DNA of 64,000 nucleotides from Escherichia coli (GTDB lineage Bacteria; Pseudomonadota; Gammaproteobacteria; Enterobacterales; Enterobacteriaceae): NCBI RefSeq assembly GCF_001677475.2, contig NZ_CP015229.1; one strand, 5' to 3'. Shown piece by piece: positions 1 to 15,170 of this stretch (position 1 is its first letter; each line of letters starts with the position of its first letter). The notes under the pieces were generated by a model. It saw only the letters and a program-made list of their open reading frames with translations, ran no database searches and was not told where the DNA came from. The position numbers and the translations under genes were made by a program.

Positions 1-99
1 AAAATCACCCCCAAAAAAATTGATACTGAAGGAGTTGCTACTAAAAAAGTACTGCTGAACAAATTACTGACAACGCAATTATTGAATGAGCCAGAATAA
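1..99 (+). CDS. 3' end of a CDS entering from upstream of the window (stop TAA 97-99); product not recognised, position corresponds to the yabP/yabQ locus of K-12
   Basis: Open frame from base 1 to TAA at 97-99 (…KKVLLNKLLTTQLLNEPE*); followed by a 17-bp perfect hairpin at 100-139. Confidence 0.4.
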   Translation, partial: KITPKKIDTEGVATKKVLLNKLLTTQLLNEPE

Positions 100-429
100 G
101 CTAAGGTTGAAGGGGCTGGAACGCCCCTTCAACCTTAGCAGTAGCGTAGGATGATTTCACAATTAGAAAGACCTGCATGATGAGCGAGAGAAGAGGCTAG
201 TGACGCAAGGCGTCGTGCACGACGCGGATCACCGAGATGGGCATCGCCAACCAGACTGCTAATTAGCCCATGAATAACAATCAGAAAGGACCATAACAGA
301 CCCGATAAAATGAAATATAAGAGACGGTCAACGGGTGAAGAAAAAGTTCAAAAATTCGCTGTGGAGCAGGAAGGGAATTACCGAATGGAAAGCGTAGCCA
401 CACGCAACAACTGAAAGCAGTTTGGCAGA

Positions 430-458
430 AACAAAAAATCCCCGGACTCGGGGATTTA
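430..458 (-). terminator. Rho-independent terminator downstream of rluA
   Basis: Minus-strand hairpin AAATCCCCG-AGTC-CGGGGATTT followed by TTTTTTGTTT, about 50 nt after the rluA stop. Confidence 0.6.
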
Positions 459-506
459 TGTACAAGAGGCAGCCCTTAGGATGAGGGTATAAACGTACAG
501 GAAAGG

Positions 507-1166
507 TTAAAAATCCGCTGGCGCTTTAAACGTCATACTATTGCCATACGCCGGATGGGTAATCGTCAACATCTCTGCATGTAGCAACAAACGCGGTGCC
601 ATCGTTCTCGCTTCTGGTGATGCATAAAAACGATCGCCGAGAATCGGATGACCCAGCGCCAGCATATGCACACGCAGCTGATGCGAACGCCCGGTAATTG
701 GTTTTAACACCACTCTTGCCGTGTTATCCGCCGCATACTCCACCACTTCATACTCCGTCTGCGCAGGTTTACCCGTTTCGTAACAGACTTTCTGTTTCGG
801 GCGGTTTGGCCAGTCGCAAATCAGCGGCAGATCCACCAGACCTTCTGCGGGGGATGGATGCCCCCAGACGCGGGCCACATACTGCTTTTTCGGCTCGCGC
901 TCGCGGAACTGGCGTTTTAACTCCCGCTCCGCGGCTTTGGTCAGCGCCACTACAATCACGCCGCTGGTAGCCATATCCAGACGATGCACCGATTCTGCCT
1001 GCGGATAATCACGCTGAATGCGCGTCATCACACTGTCTTTGTGCTCTTCCAGACGACCCGGCACAGACAACAAACCGCTCGGCTTGTTGACTACCATAAT
1101 ATGGTCATCCTGATACAGGATAACCAGCCAGGGTTCCTGCGGCGGATTGTAGTTTTCCATCCCCAT
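507..1166 (-). CDS. rluA: 23S rRNA/tRNA pseudouridine synthase RluA
   Basis: 219-aa ORF; translation recognisable as E. coli RluA; adjacent to rapA as in K-12. Confidence 0.95.
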   Translation of the reverse strand: MGMENYNPPQEPWLVILYQDDHIMVVNKPSGLLSVPGRLEEHKDSVMTRIQRDYPQAESVHRLDMATSGVIVVALTKAAERELKRQFREREPKKQYVARVWGHPSPAEGLVDLPLICDWPNRPKQKVCYETGKPAQTEYEVVEYAADNTARVVLKPITGRSHQLRVHMLALGHPILGDRFYASPEARTMAPRLLLHAEMLTITHPAYGNSMTFKAPADF

Positions 1167-1177
1167 TTTCGGCTCCG

Positions 1178-4084
1178 TTACTGATGCGTCACAACGATCA
1201 AACGCAGGGCATCCAGACGCCAGCCTGCCTGATCCAGACTTTCCATTACCTGCTGACGGTTGCTCTCAATAGCGGTCAGTTCGTCGTCACGAATGTTCGG
1301 GTTCACTGCACGCAGAGCTTCCAGACGAGACAGCTCGGCAGACAGTTTTTCGTCGGCTTCGTTACGTGCGGCATCAATCAGTGCACGGGCAGATTTCTCG
1401 ATCTGTGCTTCACCCAGCTGAAGGATCGCGTGAACATCCTGCTGCACGGCGTTAACCAGTTTGCTGCCGGTGTGACGGTTAACCGCGTTAAGCTGACGGT
1501 TAAAGGTTTCAAACTCTACCTGCGCCGCCAGGTTGTTGCCGTTTTTATCCAGCAGCATACGTACCGGCGTCGGTGGCAGGAAGCGGTTGAGCTGCAACTG
1601 CTTCGGAGCCTGGGCTTCAACCACGTAAATCAGTTCCACCAACAGCGTACCTACCGGCAACGCTTTGTTTTTCAACAGTGAAATCGTGCTGCTACCGGTG
1701 TCGCCAGAAAGGATCAGATCCAGACCGTTGCGGATCAGCGGATGCTCCCAGGTAATAAACTGCGCATCTTCACGCGCCAGCGCCACTTCACGATCAAAGG
1801 TGATGGTGATGCCATCTTCCGACAAGCCAGGGAAGTCCGGCACCAGCATATGATCGGACGGGGTCAGCACGATCATGTTGTCGCCGCGATCGTCCTGATT
1901 GATACCGATGATATCGAACAGGTTCATAGCGAAGGCGATCAGGTTGGTATCGTCATCCTGCTCTTCAATGCTTTCTGCCAGTGCCTGGGCTTTTTCGCCA
2001 CCGTTGGAGTGGATTTCCAGCAGGCGGTCACGACCCTGTTCCAGCTGTGCTTTCAGCGCTTCATGCTGCTCGCGGCAGTTTTTGATCAAATCGTCAAAGC
2101 CTTCGGTTTGATCCGGTGAAGCCAGATAGTTAATCAGATCGTTGTATACGCTATCGTAAATAGTGCGTCCGGTCGGGCAGGTGTGCTCGAATGCATCCAG
2201 ACCTTCGTGATACCAGCGCACCAGCACCGACTGAGCGGTTTTCTCCAGATAAGGCACATGGATCTGAATATCGTGCGCCTGGCCGATACGATCCAGACGA
2301 CCAATACGCTGCTCCAGCAAATCCGGGTTGAATGGCAGGTCAAACATCACCATGTGGCTGGCGAACTGGAAGTTACGTCCTTCAGAACCGATTTCCGAGC
2401 ACAGCAGTACCTGTGCGCCGGTGTCTTCTTCGGCAAACCAGGCGGCAGCGCGGTCACGTTCGATAATCGACATACCTTCGTGGAACACCGCAGCGCGAAT
2501 ACCTTCACGCTCGCGCAGTACCTGCTCCAGTTGCAGCGCAGTGGCAGCTTTGGCGCAGATCACCAGCACTTTCTGAGAGCGATGGCTGGTCAGGTAGCCC
2601 ATCAGCCACTCAACGCGCGGATCGAAGTTCCACCAGGTGGCGTTATCACCTTCAAATTCCTGATAAATACGCTCCGGGTAGAGCATATCGCGGGCGCGGT
2701 CTTCCGCACTTTTACGTGCGCCCATGATGCCGGAGACTTTAATAGCCGTCTGATATTGCGTCGGCAGCGGCAGTTTAATAGTGTGTAGCTCGCGTTTCGG
2801 GAAGCCTTTCACACCGTTACGGGTGTTACGGAACAGCACGCGGCTGGTGCCGTGGCGATCCATCAGCATCGAAACCAGCTCCTGACGGGCACTCTGGGCA
2901 TCTTCGCTATCGCTGTTTGCTGCTTGCAACAGCGGCTCGATATCCTGCTCGCCGATCATCTCGCCAAGCATGTTCAGTTCGTCATTGCCCAGTTTGTTAC
3001 CTGCCAGAAGCATGGCAACGGCGTCCGCAACCGGACGATAATTTTTCTGCTCTTCAACGAATTGCGCAAAATCGTGGAAACGGTTCGGGTCCAGCAGACG
3101 CAGACGGGCGAAGTGGCTTTCCATCCCCAGCTGTTCCGGGGTTGCGGTCAGCAGCAGAACGCCCGGCACATGCTCTGCCAGTTGTTCAATGGCCTGATAT
3201 TCACGGCTCGGCGCATCTTCGCTCCACACCAGGTGATGCGCTTCATCGACCACCAGCAGGTCCCACTCGGCTTCACAGAGATGTTCCAGACGCTGTTTGC
3301 TACGACGGGCAAAATCCAGCGAGCAAATCACCAGCTGTTCGGTATCGAACGGGTTGTAAGCATCGTGCTGAGCTTCGGCATAACGCTCATCATCAAACAG
3401 AGCAAAACGCAGGTTGAAACGGCGCAGCATTTCTACCAGCCACTGATGCTGTAAGGTTTCCGGGACGATAATCAGCACACGTTCAGCAGCGCCAGAGAGC
3501 AACTGCTGATGCAGGATCATCCCAGCTTCAATGGTTTTCCCTAAACCCACTTCGTCAGCCAGCAGAACGCGCGGCGCGTGGCGGCGACCAACATCATGAG
3601 CGATGTTGAGCTGGTGCGGGATCAGACTGGTACGCTGACCGCGCAGGCCGCTGTACGGCATACGGAACTGTTCGCTGGAATACTTACGCGCGCGATAACG
3701 CAGTGCAAAGCGGTCCATACGGTCAATCTGCCCGGCAAACAGACGGTCCTGCGGTTTGCTGAATACCAGTTTGCTATCAAGGAAAACTTCACGCAGGGCT
3801 ACGCCGGACTCTTCAGTATCCAGGCGAGTACCGATATAGGTCAGCAAGCCATTTTCTTCTTTTACTTCTTCGACTTGCATCTGCCAGCCGTCATGGCTGG
3901 TAATGGTATCACCAGGGTTGAACATCACGCGGGTCACGGGGGAATCACTGCGTGCGTACAGACGGTTTTCACCAGTAGATGGGAAAAGTAAAGTGACAGT
4001 TCGCGCATCCACCGCGACAACGGTTCCAAGTCCCAATTCGCTTTCTGTATCGCTGATCCAGCGTTGACCAAGTGTAAAAGGCAT
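1178..4084 (-). CDS. rapA: RNA polymerase-associated Swi2/Snf2 ATPase RapA (HepA)
   Basis: 968-aa ORF with helicase motifs (GLGKT, DEAH); K-12 length and position. Confidence 0.96.
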   Translation of the reverse strand: MPFTLGQRWISDTESELGLGTVVAVDARTVTLLFPSTGENRLYARSDSPVTRVMFNPGDTITSHDGWQMQVEEVKEENGLLTYIGTRLDTEESGVALREVFLDSKLVFSKPQDRLFAGQIDRMDRFALRYRARKYSSEQFRMPYSGLRGQRTSLIPHQLNIAHDVGRRHAPRVLLADEVGLGKTIEAGMILHQQLLSGAAERVLIIVPETLQHQWLVEMLRRFNLRFALFDDERYAEAQHDAYNPFDTEQLVICSLDFARRSKQRLEHLCEAEWDLLVVDEAHHLVWSEDAPSREYQAIEQLAEHVPGVLLLTATPEQLGMESHFARLRLLDPNRFHDFAQFVEEQKNYRPVADAVAMLLAGNKLGNDELNMLGEMIGEQDIEPLLQAANSDSEDAQSARQELVSMLMDRHGTSRVLFRNTRNGVKGFPKRELHTIKLPLPTQYQTAIKVSGIMGARKSAEDRARDMLYPERIYQEFEGDNATWWNFDPRVEWLMGYLTSHRSQKVLVICAKAATALQLEQVLREREGIRAAVFHEGMSIIERDRAAAWFAEEDTGAQVLLCSEIGSEGRNFQFASHMVMFDLPFNPDLLEQRIGRLDRIGQAHDIQIHVPYLEKTAQSVLVRWYHEGLDAFEHTCPTGRTIYDSVYNDLINYLASPDQTEGFDDLIKNCREQHEALKAQLEQGRDRLLEIHSNGGEKAQALAESIEEQDDDTNLIAFAMNLFDIIGINQDDRGDNMIVLTPSDHMLVPDFPGLSEDGITITFDREVALAREDAQFITWEHPLIRNGLDLILSGDTGSSTISLLKNKALPVGTLLVELIYVVEAQAPKQLQLNRFLPPTPVRMLLDKNGNNLAAQVEFETFNRQLNAVNRHTGSKLVNAVQQDVHAILQLGEAQIEKSARALIDAARNEADEKLSAELSRLEALRAVNPNIRDDELTAIESNRQQVMESLDQAGWRLDALRLIVVTHQ

Positions 4085-4247
4085 ATGTGTTCGGCTCTAT
4101 ATCTTTAATTGCAGGCAATAACCACCCGCTACCGTGCTTATGAGGTAGTGGTGTTATTCAGGTCCAGGAATGGAAAGGGCGCTATGGTACTGGATGGCAA
4201 AGCATTCGTCACGCATCAAAATGGTATCTGGCGAACTCTTTTTTTGC

Positions 4248-6599
4248 TCAAAATAGCCCAAGTTGCCCGGTCATAAGTGTAGCAAAATTATCCTCAATAA
4301 AAGGGAGTATTCCCTCCGCCACGGGTTGTAGCTGGCGGGTCAGATAGTGTTCGTAATCCAGCGGTGAACGTTGATAGTCCAGCGGCTCCGGGCCGTTGGT
4401 GGTCCATACGTACTTAATGGTGCCGCGGTTCTGATATTGCAAGGGGCGACCGCGCTTTTGGTTTTCTTCATCGGCAAGGCGAGCGGCGCGTACATGAGGC
4501 GGCACATTACGCTGATATTCGCTCAGCGGACGGCGAAGGCGTTTACGGTAAACCAGCCGCGCATCCAGTTCACCCGCCATCAGTTTGTCGATGGTTTCGC
4601 GGACGTACTCCTGATATGGCTCGTTGCGGAAGATACGCAGGTAAAGCTCCTGCTGAAACTGCTGGGCCAGCGGCGTCCAGTCCGTACGCACGGTTTCCAG
4701 CCCTTTAAACACCATCCGCTGTTTGTCGCCCTCCTGAATCAGCCCGGCGTAGCGCTTTTTGCTGCCGGTATCGGCCCCGCGAATGGTTGGCATCAGAAAA
4801 CGGCAGAAATGGGTTTCATACTCCAGTTCCAGTGCGCTGGTCAGCCGTTGTTTTTGCAGCGTTTCCGCCCACCAGGCGTTAACGTGCTGCACCAGTGCAC
4901 GACCGATTTTCGCTGCTTCTTCTTCCGAATGTGCGCCTTTTAGCCAGACAAACGTTGAGTCGGTATCGCCGTAGATCACGTCGTAGCCCTGCGCTTCAAT
5001 CAATGCTTTGGTTTGCCGCATGATCTGATGACCACGCATGGTGATCGACGACGCCAGGCGCGGATCGAAGAAGCGGCAGGCAGTGGTGCCAAGCACGCCA
5101 TAAAAGGCATTCATGATGATCTTCAGCGCCTGCGACAGCGGCTTGTTGCCCTGACGTTTGGCTTCATCGCGCCCGTGCCAGATGTGAGTCACAATCTCCG
5201 GCAGGCAATGTTTCTCCCGTGAGAACCAGGCATCAAGAAAACCTTCGGTACTGTACTCTGGATCAGGCTGCGCCATGCCTTCCACCAGCCCGACGGGATC
5301 AATCAGAAAGGTGCGGATGATCGACGGGTACAGGCTTTTATAGTCCAGCACCAGTACCGAATCATAAAGCCCTGGCCGTGAATCCATCACGTAGCCGCCA
5401 GGGCTGGCGTGTGGCGGCACTTCGCCGAGATTAGGCGCGACATAACCAGCGCGGTGCATACGGGGAAAATAGAGATGACCAAACGCCGCCACCGATCCCC
5501 CGTGGCGGTCTACCGGCAGGCCGTTCACCGTTGCTCGTTCGAGCAAAAACGGCATGATTTCAGTTTTATGGAAAATCTGCGTCACCAGCTCGCAATCTTT
5601 CAGGTTATAAGTCGCCAGCGCAGGTTTATCTTCGGCGAAACGGCGGTCAATTTCGTCCATTCGATCCCACGGGTTATCGATAGATTTTCCTTCGCCTAAT
5701 AACTCCTGAGCGACGGTTTCCAGCGAGAATGAAGAGAAATTCCAGAACGCGGATTTCAGCGCCTCGATACCGTCGATAATTAGCCGACCTTTAGCCTGGG
5801 CAAAAAAGACGCCGTTTTTAAAGCCGTGCTCGCGCCACTCCAGCTCACTGTTATCGCGCCCCAGCCGCAGCGGAATACGATAACGCTCGGCATGTTTTTG
5901 CAGCATTCGCAGATCAAACTGCACCACGTTCCAACCGATGATCACATCAGGATCGTAGTTGGCAAACCAGGCGTTGAGTTTTTCCAGTAGCTGCGGGCGG
6001 CTGGCGACGTACTCCAGTTCAAAATCGAGCGCGGAGGCGTCGCCATTCTCTGGCCCCAGCATATAAACGATGCGCTGCCCGCAGCCTTCCAGGCCGATGC
6101 AGTACAGCTCACCGTGGCGGGTGGTTTCAATATCAATAGAAACCCACTTGAGCGGCGGACGATAGTCGGGATGCGGTTTCAGACGGGCATTAACGATAGC
6201 GCCATTGCGTATATCACCCTCGACCCACACCGGTGAGGTGATAAACCGCTCCATCAGATAGCGTTCTGGCGGGCGCACATCGGCCTCGTAGACGGTAACG
6301 CCACCTTCACGCAGGCGCTTTTCGTAATTCATCAACTGGCGATGGGCGCGACAGTAAAGGCCATACACCGGCTGGCGATGAAAATCCTTTAACGCCAGCG
6401 GCGTCAGGCGAAAGCCTTGCTCACCCTGCAAAATATGCTGGGCGCGGGGAACCTGATCGGCGGGAATAAACGCCACGGACTCTTGCGGCGCAAGCGTAAC
6501 CTGCAACGGTCCGTTGTCCGTCGCTAACCAAAAGGAAACTTCGGTTCCTTGCGGGGAGTCCCGCCAGTGTCGGGTTAAGATAAAACCTGCCTGCGCCAC
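4248..6599 (-). CDS. polB: DNA polymerase II
   Basis: 783-aa ORF; B-family polymerase motifs (YGDTDS); synteny. Confidence 0.96.
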   Translation of the reverse strand: MAQAGFILTRHWRDSPQGTEVSFWLATDNGPLQVTLAPQESVAFIPADQVPRAQHILQGEQGFRLTPLALKDFHRQPVYGLYCRAHRQLMNYEKRLREGGVTVYEADVRPPERYLMERFITSPVWVEGDIRNGAIVNARLKPHPDYRPPLKWVSIDIETTRHGELYCIGLEGCGQRIVYMLGPENGDASALDFELEYVASRPQLLEKLNAWFANYDPDVIIGWNVVQFDLRMLQKHAERYRIPLRLGRDNSELEWREHGFKNGVFFAQAKGRLIIDGIEALKSAFWNFSSFSLETVAQELLGEGKSIDNPWDRMDEIDRRFAEDKPALATYNLKDCELVTQIFHKTEIMPFLLERATVNGLPVDRHGGSVAAFGHLYFPRMHRAGYVAPNLGEVPPHASPGGYVMDSRPGLYDSVLVLDYKSLYPSIIRTFLIDPVGLVEGMAQPDPEYSTEGFLDAWFSREKHCLPEIVTHIWHGRDEAKRQGNKPLSQALKIIMNAFYGVLGTTACRFFDPRLASSITMRGHQIMRQTKALIEAQGYDVIYGDTDSTFVWLKGAHSEEEAAKIGRALVQHVNAWWAETLQKQRLTSALELEYETHFCRFLMPTIRGADTGSKKRYAGLIQEGDKQRMVFKGLETVRTDWTPLAQQFQQELYLRIFRNEPYQEYVRETIDKLMAGELDARLVYRKRLRRPLSEYQRNVPPHVRAARLADEENQKRGRPLQYQNRGTIKYVWTTNGPEPLDYQRSPLDYEHYLTRQLQPVAEGILPFIEDNFATLMTGQLGLF

Positions 6600-6673
6600 G
6601 CTAAATATCCAATAAAAAACCAGGCTTGATTATAGCCTGGTTTTGTTTGATTGGCTGTGGTTTTATACAGTCA

Positions 6674-7369
6674 TTACTGCCCGTAATATGCCTTCGCACC
6701 ATGCTTACGCAGATAGTGTTTATCCAGCAGCGTTTGCTGCATATCCGGTAACTGCGGCGCTAACTGACGGCAGAATATCCCCATATAAGCGACCTCTTCC
6801 AGCACGATGGCGTTATGCACTGCATCTTCGGCATTTTTGCCCCATGCAAATGGGCCGTGAGAATGGACCAGGACGCCGGGCATTTGCGCCGCATCGATAC
6901 CCTGTTTTTCGAAGGTTTCTACGATGACGTTACCGGTTTCCCACTCATATTCACCGTTGATTTCTGCGTCGGTCATTTTGCGGGTGCAGGGAATGGTGCC
7001 GTAGAAATAGTCGGCGTGGGTGGTACCGGTTGCTGGAATCGACTGACCCGCCTGCGCCCAGATGGTGGCGTGGCGCGAGTGTGTGTGCACAATGCCGCCA
7101 ATGGACGGGAATGCCTGATAGAGCAGTCGGTGAGTTGGCGTGTCAGAGGAGGGCTTTTTCGTACCTTCAACCACTTCACCGGTTTCGATGCTGACCACAA
7201 CCATATCGTCAGCGGTCATGATGCTGTAATCGACGCCGGAAGGTTTGATCACCAAGACGCCGCGCTCGCGATCAACGGCGCTGACGTTGCCCCATGTGAG
7301 CGTGACCAGGTTGTGTTTTGGCAGCGCCAGGTTGGCTTCTAATACCTGGCGTTTGAGATCTTCTAACAT
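6674..7369 (-). CDS. araD: L-ribulose-5-phosphate 4-epimerase
   Basis: 231-aa ORF; araBAD operon order. Confidence 0.96.
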   Translation of the reverse strand: MLEDLKRQVLEANLALPKHNLVTLTWGNVSAVDRERGVLVIKPSGVDYSIMTADDMVVVSIETGEVVEGTKKPSSDTPTHRLLYQAFPSIGGIVHTHSRHATIWAQAGQSIPATGTTHADYFYGTIPCTRKMTDAEINGEYEWETGNVIVETFEKQGIDAAQMPGVLVHSHGPFAWGKNAEDAVHNAIVLEEVAYMGIFCRQLAPQLPDMQQTLLDKHYLRKHGAKAYYGQ

Positions 7370-7483
7370 GTTGACTCCTTCGTGCCGGATGCGCTTTGCT
7401 TATCCGGCCTACAAAATCGCAGCGTGTAGGCCAGATAAGACGCGTCAGCGTCGCATCAGGCGTTACATACCTGATGTGGCTAC
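7370..7483. repeat. REP (repetitive extragenic palindromic) element(s) between araD and araA
   Basis: GCCGGATAAG/CTTATCCGGCCTACA-type palindromic units visible in the sequence. Confidence 0.8.
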
Positions 7484-8986
7484 TTAGCGACGAAATCCGT
7501 AATACACTTCGTTCCAGCGCAGTGCGTCTTTAAACGCTGGCAGGCGGGTGTCGTTATCAATCACCGTGATTTCAATGTCGTGCATCTCGGCGAACTGGCG
7601 CATATCGTTGAGGTTCAGCGCATGGCTGAAGACGGTATGGTGCGCGCCACCAGCGAGGATCCACGCTTCGGAAGCAGTTGGCAGATCCGGTTGCGCTTTC
7701 CACAGCGCATTCGCCACCGGCAGTTTCGGCAGGGAGTGCGGTGTTTTCACAGTGTCGATGCAGTTAACCAGCAGACGGTAACGATCGCCGAGATCAATCA
7801 GGCTGGCGACAATCGCTGGACCGGTTTGGGTGTTGAAGATCAGGCGGGCAGGATCGTCCTTACCGCCAATACCGAGGTGCTGAACGTCGAGGATCGGTTT
7901 CTCTTCTACGGCGATCGACGGACAGACTTCCAGCATATGGGAGCCGAGCACCAGGTCATTACCTTTCTCGAAGTGATAGGTGTAGTCCTCCATAAAGGAG
8001 GTGCCGCCCTGCAGACCGGTTGACATCACCTTCATGATGCGAAGCAGGGCGGCAGTTTTCCAGTCGCCTTCGCCCGCAAAGCCGTAACCCTGCTGCATCA
8101 GACGCTGTACGGCCAGACCAGGAAGCTGTTTCAGACCGTGCAAATCTTCAAAGGTGGTGGTGAACGCGTGAAAGCCACCTTGTTCCAGGAAACGCTTCAT
8201 CCCCAGCTCAATACGCGCCGCTTCCAGCACGTTCTGTCGTTTTTCGCCGTGGATTTGTGTGGCAGGCGTCATGGTGTAGCAGCTTTCGTACTCATCGACC
8301 AGCGCGTTAACATCGCCGTCGCTGATGGAGTTCACCACCTGCACCAGATCGCCAACCGCCCAGGTATTGACGGAGAAACCGAACTTGATCTGTGCGGCAA
8401 CTTTATCGCCATCGGTGACCGCTACTTCACGCATGTTATCGCCAAAACGGCAGACTTTCAGATGACGGGTATCCTGTTTAGAGACCGCCTGACGCATCCA
8501 GGAGCCGATACGCTCATGGGCTTGTTTATCCTGCCAGTGACCGGTAACGACGGCATGTTGCTGACGCATACGCGCGCCAATGAAGCCGAACTCGCGACCG
8601 CCATGTGCAGTCTGGTTCAGGTTCATAAAGTCCATATCGATGCTATCCCACGGCAGCGCCGCGTTAAACTGGGTGTGGAATTGCAGCAACGGTTTGTTGA
8701 GCATAGTCAGGCCGTTGATCCACATTTTGGCCGGGGAGAAAGTGTGCAGCCACACTACCAGGCCAGCGCAACGATCGTCGTAATTCGCGTCACGGCAAAT
8801 AGCGGTGATTTCATCCGGCGTGGTGCCCAGCGGTTTCAGCACCAGTTTGCAGGGCAGTTTCGCTTCCGTATTCAGCGCATTAACGACGTGCTCGGCATGT
8901 TGGGTGACCTGACGCAGGGTTTCCGGGCCATACAGATGCTGGCTGCCAATTACAAACCACACTTCATAATTATCAAAAATCGTCAT
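7484..8986 (-). CDS. araA: L-arabinose isomerase
   Basis: 500-aa ORF; synteny. Confidence 0.96.
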
Positions 8987-8996
8987 TGTCGTGTCC

Positions 8997-11035
<2,039 letters not shown>

Positions 11036-11914
11036 ATGGCTGAAGCGCAAAATGATCCCCTGCTGCCGGGATACTCGTTTAACGCCCATCTTGTGGCGGG
11101 TTTAACGCCGATTGAGGCCAACGGTTATCTCGATTTTTTTATCGACCGACCGCTGGGAATGAAAGGTTATATTCTCAATCTTACCATTCGCGGTCAGGGG
11201 GTGGTGAAAAATCAGGGACGAGAATTTGTCTGCCGACCGGGTGATATTTTGCTGTTCCCGCCAGGAGAGATTCATCACTACGGTCGTCATCCGGAGGCTC
11301 GCGAATGGTATCACCAGTGGGTTTACTTTCGTCCGCGCGCCTACTGGCATGAATGGCTTAACTGGCCGTCAATATTTGCCAATACGGGTTTCTTTCGCCC
11401 GGATGAAGCGCACCAGCCGCATTTCAGCGACCTGTTTGGGCAAATCATTAACGCCGGGCAAGGGGAAGGGCGCTATTCGGAGCTGCTGGCGATAAATCTG
11501 CTTGAGCAATTGTTACTGCGGCGCATGGAAGCAATTAACGAGTCGCTCCATCCACCGATGGATAATCGGGTACGCGAGGCTTGTCAGTACATCAGCGATC
11601 ACCTGGCAGACAGCAATTTTGATATCGCCAGCGTCGCACAGCATGTTTGCCTGTCGCCGTCGCGTCTGTCGCATCTGTTCCGCCAGCAGTTAGGGATTAG
11701 CGTCTTAAGCTGGCGCGAGGACCAACGCATTAGTCAGGCGAAGCTGCTTTTGAGCACTACCCGGATGCCTATCGCCACCGTCGGTCGCAATGTTGGTTTT
11801 GACGATCAACTCTATTTCTCGCGAGTATTTAAAAAATGCACCGGGGCCAGCCCGAGCGAGTTCCGTGCCGGTTGTGAAGAAAAAGTGAATGATGTAGCCG
11901 TCAAGTTGTCATAA
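11036..11914 (+). CDS. araC: Arabinose operon regulator AraC (AraC/XylS family)
   Basis: True start is [13 protein letters not shown]… at 11036 (292 aa); the 309-aa track ORF is an upstream in-frame extension. Confidence 0.95.
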
Positions 11915-11999
11915 TTGGTAACGAATCAGACAATTGACGGCTTGACGGAGTAGCATAGGGTTTGCAGAATCCCTGCTTCGTCCATTTGACAGGCACATT

Positions 12000-12764
12000 A
12001 TGCAAGCATTGCTGGAACACTTTATTACCCAATCCACCGTGTATTCATTGATGGCGGTGGTGTTGGTGGCCTTTCTGGAGTCACTGGCCCTGGTCGGTTT
12101 GATTCTGCCCGGTACGGTGCTGATGGCGGGGCTGGGGGCGCTGATTGGCAGCGGCGAGTTAAGTTTCTGGCACGCCTGGCTGGCAGGGATCGTCGGTTGT
12201 CTGCTGGGCGACTGGATCTCCTTCTGGCTGGGCTGGCGTTTTAAAAAGCCGTTGCATCGCTGGTCATTTCTGAAGAAAAACAAAGCACTACTTGATAAAA
12301 CTGAACATGCGTTGCATCAACACAGCATGTTCACCATTCTGGTCGGTCGTTTTGTTGGCCCGACGCGTCCGCTGGTGCCAATGGTGGCGGGAATGCTGGA
12401 TCTGCCGGTGGCTAAATTTATTACGCCGAATATTATCGGCTGCCTGCTGTGGCCGCCGTTTTACTTCCTGCCAGGGATTCTGGCGGGCGCGGCGATCGAT
12501 ATTCCTGCCGGAATGCAGAGCGGTGAGTTTAAATGGTTGCTGCTGGCAACAGCGGTGTTTTTGTGGGTTGGTGGCTGGCTGTGCTGGCGGTTATGGCGCA
12601 GCGGTAAAGCGACTGACCGTTTGAGTCATTATTTGTCCCGCGGTCGTTTGTTGTGGCTGACGCCGTTGATTTCTGCCATCGGCGTGGTGGCGCTGGTGGT
12701 GTTAATTCGCCACCCGTTGATGCCGGTGTATATCGATATTTTGCGTAAAGTGGTTGGGGTTTAG
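12000..12764 (+). CDS. yabI: DedA-family inner membrane protein YabI
   Basis: 254-aa hydrophobic ORF; synteny. Confidence 0.9.
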   Translation: MQALLEHFITQSTVYSLMAVVLVAFLESLALVGLILPGTVLMAGLGALIGSGELSFWHAWLAGIVGCLLGDWISFWLGWRFKKPLHRWSFLKKNKALLDKTEHALHQHSMFTILVGRFVGPTRPLVPMVAGMLDLPVAKFITPNIIGCLLWPPFYFLPGILAGAAIDIPAGMQSGEFKWLLLATAVFLWVGGWLCWRLWRSGKATDRLSHYLSRGRLLWLTPLISAIGVVALVVLIRHPLMPVYIDILRKVVGV

Positions 12765-12877
<113 letters not shown>

Positions 12878-13576
12878 CTAACCCGTAATCCCCAATATTG
12901 CCGAAGCACTCGCCTTACCGCTCAACAATTCTTCGGTCTTACCCTGCCAGGCGATACGCCCGTCGGCGACCACCACCGAGCGCGTGGCGATCCGCGCCGC
13001 ATCTTCCACGCTGTGCGACACCATCAATAGCGTCATTTTTTGCTGCTGGCAGCTCGTGCTCACCAGCGTCAACATTTCCTGACGTAACGCCGGATCGAGC
13101 GCGGAGAACGGTTCATCGAGCAATAAAATCGGCTGTTCGCGCACCAGGCAACGCGCTAACGCCACGCGTTGTCGCTGACCGCCGGAAAGCTCGCCCGGTA
13201 ACCGCGCCATTAAATTATCAATCCCCATCTGGCGGGCGATAGCGTGCATTTTCCCCAGCTGTGCCGCGTTCAGTTTCAATCCCGGATTTAGCCCCAGCCC
13301 GATGTTCTGCTCGACCGTCAGGTGGCTGAACAGGTTGTTCTCCTGAAACAGCATCGACACCGGACGGCGTGACGGTGGCGTCGTGGTGTGATCAACGCCG
13401 TCGATAGTCAGCGAACCGCTGGCTGGCGTCAGAAAACCGGCGATCAAATTCAGCAGGGTACTTTTACCCGCGCCGCTTGGCCCGAGGATCGCCACCTGCT
13501 CGCCGCGTTCCACCGTTAAGCTAAAACGCATCGGCAAATGGTGGTAAAGCCAGGTGATATCAGTCAGTTTTAACAT
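12878..13576 (-). CDS. thiQ: Thiamine ABC transporter ATP-binding protein
   Basis: Walker [10 protein letters not shown] and LSGGQ signature; likely start MLKLTDITW (232 aa); track ORF is N-terminally extended. Confidence 0.93.
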   Translation of the reverse strand: MLKLTDITWLYHHLPMRFSLTVERGEQVAILGPSGAGKSTLLNLIAGFLTPASGSLTIDGVDHTTTPPSRRPVSMLFQENNLFSHLTVEQNIGLGLNPGLKLNAAQLGKMHAIARQMGIDNLMARLPGELSGGQRQRVALARCLVREQPILLLDEPFSALDPALRQEMLTLVSTSCQQQKMTLLMVSHSVEDAARIATRSVVVADGRIAWQGKTEELLSGKASASAILGITG

Positions 13577-15170
13577 TTCGCCCCGGTAGTTTTTCAATCA
13601 CAGTAAACAGCAGAAAACAGAGCAGCAGCAGAATTAACGCGGTGACCGCACCGTCCTGGCTGCGATAAGAGCCAATTTGCTGGTAGAGATAAAACGGCAG
13701 GGTGCGGAAATCGTCGTTACCGAACAACGCCACCACGCCAAAATCACCAATCGACAGCACGCAGGCAAAGGCCAACGCCTGCGCCAGTGGACGTTTCAGG
13801 GCGCGCAGCTCCACCACTTTTAAGCGTGACCAGCCTTCAATCCCCAGCGACTGACATAACATGCTGTAGCGGGCGGTGATATCGCGCATCGGGTTTTCCA
13901 GCACTTTCAGGGCGTAGGGGATCGCCATTAACGCATTGGTGGAAATCACAATGCCGTCAGCAGATTGTGGCAGGCCGATAGTGTTGTTGAGCAGTAAAAA
14001 GAAGCCCGTTGCCAGCACAATCCCCGGCATAGCGAGGATCAACATGCCGCTCATCTCCAGCGCCTGACCCGCCAGCATTTTTTGCCGCGCCCGCAGTTCG
14101 CGACTGCTCCATAGCAGCATCATGGTCAGCACTACGCACAATACACCTGCCGCCAGCGCAATACGCAACGAAGTCCACAGCGCCTGCCACAGCACCGGTT
14201 GTGCCAGCACTTCCGGCAACTGGCGATTTACCCCATCGACGATCACCGCCAGCAACGGTGGCAGCAACAGCAGCAGCGCCAGCACAATTAACATCGTGTC
14301 GCAAATGCGGCTATGCAGACGATCGTCCGGGTCGCGCCAGCCTTGCAGCAGCGTGGTGCCGGGCGCAATGGCCTTACTCAGTCGCTGACTCAACAGCACC
14401 AGCCCAAGGCAACACACCATCTGGATCAGCGCCAGCATCGCCGCGCGGGCAGGATCGTAGTCGTAACTCAGCGCCTGATAGATTGCCAGCTCGATAGTGG
14501 TCGCCTGCGGACCGCCGCCCAGCGACAGTACGGTGGCGAAGCTGGCGAAACAGAGCATAAAGATAAGCGCGGCAACCGGCGGGATTTGTCGCCGTAACCA
14601 CGGCCATTCGACGAAGCGGAAAAAATGCCAGCCGCGCATCCCAAGCTGGGCGGCAAGTTGACGTTGTTCGCCGGGAATGTTTTCCAGTGCCTGGAGTAAT
14701 AAGCGGCTCGCCATCGGTAGATTAAAAAATACGTGCGCCAGCAAAATACCTTGCAGGCCGTAGGGCGAAAAGGTCCACTCCAGACCGAGCGATTGGCAGA
14801 GCGATGCCAGCCAGCCCTGGCGACCATAGACGCTAAGAATGCCGAAAACAGCAACCAGCACCGGGAGGATCAAGGTCATTGCGCACAGACGCAACAGCGC
14901 CAGCCGACCCGGAAAGCGCCTGCGATAGAGCGCGCGGGCGAGGAATATCGCGGGTACGACAGAGAGCAGCGCCGAGAGAAACGCCTGCCAGAAGGAGAAG
15001 CGCACCACATGCCACAGGTAGCTGTCCTGCCAGACTGCCACCCAGTTACCCTGCGGCGCGTTCCACCACAGGGCGAGAAACGCCGCCAGCGCAACCGCTA
15101 CCACCAGCGTGGCGGCGCTTACACCTGGAATTAACCAGCCGGGAATTAACGGCTGACGGCGCGTTGCCAT
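13560..15170 (-). CDS. thiP: Thiamine ABC transporter permease
   Basis: 536-aa polytopic membrane ORF; overlaps thiQ and thiB. Confidence 0.94.
   Translation of the reverse strand: MATRRQPLIPGWLIPGVSAATLVVAVALAAFLALWWNAPQGNWVAVWQDSYLWHVVRFSFWQAFLSALLSVVPAIFLARALYRRRFPGRLALLRLCAMTLILPVLVAVFGILSVYGRQGWLASLCQSLGLEWTFSPYGLQGILLAHVFFNLPMASRLLLQALENIPGEQRQLAAQLGMRGWHFFRFVEWPWLRRQIPPVAALIFMLCFASFATVLSLGGGPQATTIELAIYQALSYDYDPARAAMLALIQMVCCLGLVLLSQRLSKAIAPGTTLLQGWRDPDDRLHSRICDTMLIVLALLLLLPPLLAVIVDGVNRQLPEVLAQPVLWQALWTSLRIALAAGVLCVVLTMMLLWSSRELRARQKMLAGQALEMSGMLILAMPGIVLATGFFLLLNNTIGLPQSADGIVISTNALMAIPYALKVLENPMRDITARYSMLCQSLGIEGWSRLKVVELRALKRPLAQALAFACVLSIGDFGVVALFGNDDFRTLPFYLYQQIGSYRSQDGAVTALILLLLCFLLFTVIEKLPGRNVKTD

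Noticed and set aside
135..345. Minus-strand stop-free frame encoding a hydrophobic stretch (…LLYFILSGLLWSFLIVIHGLISSLVG…)
   Set aside because: No ATG/GTG/TTG start codon in frame within the open stretch and no RBS; probably a chance open frame.
311..415. 34-codon ORF MKYKRRSTGEEKVQKFAVEQEGNYRMESVATRNN between the upstream ORF and rluA
   Set aside because: No recognisable Shine-Dalgarno, no homology I can recall, and it is in a spacer that appears to be the same length as in K-12, where nothing is annotated; insufficient evidence for a gene.
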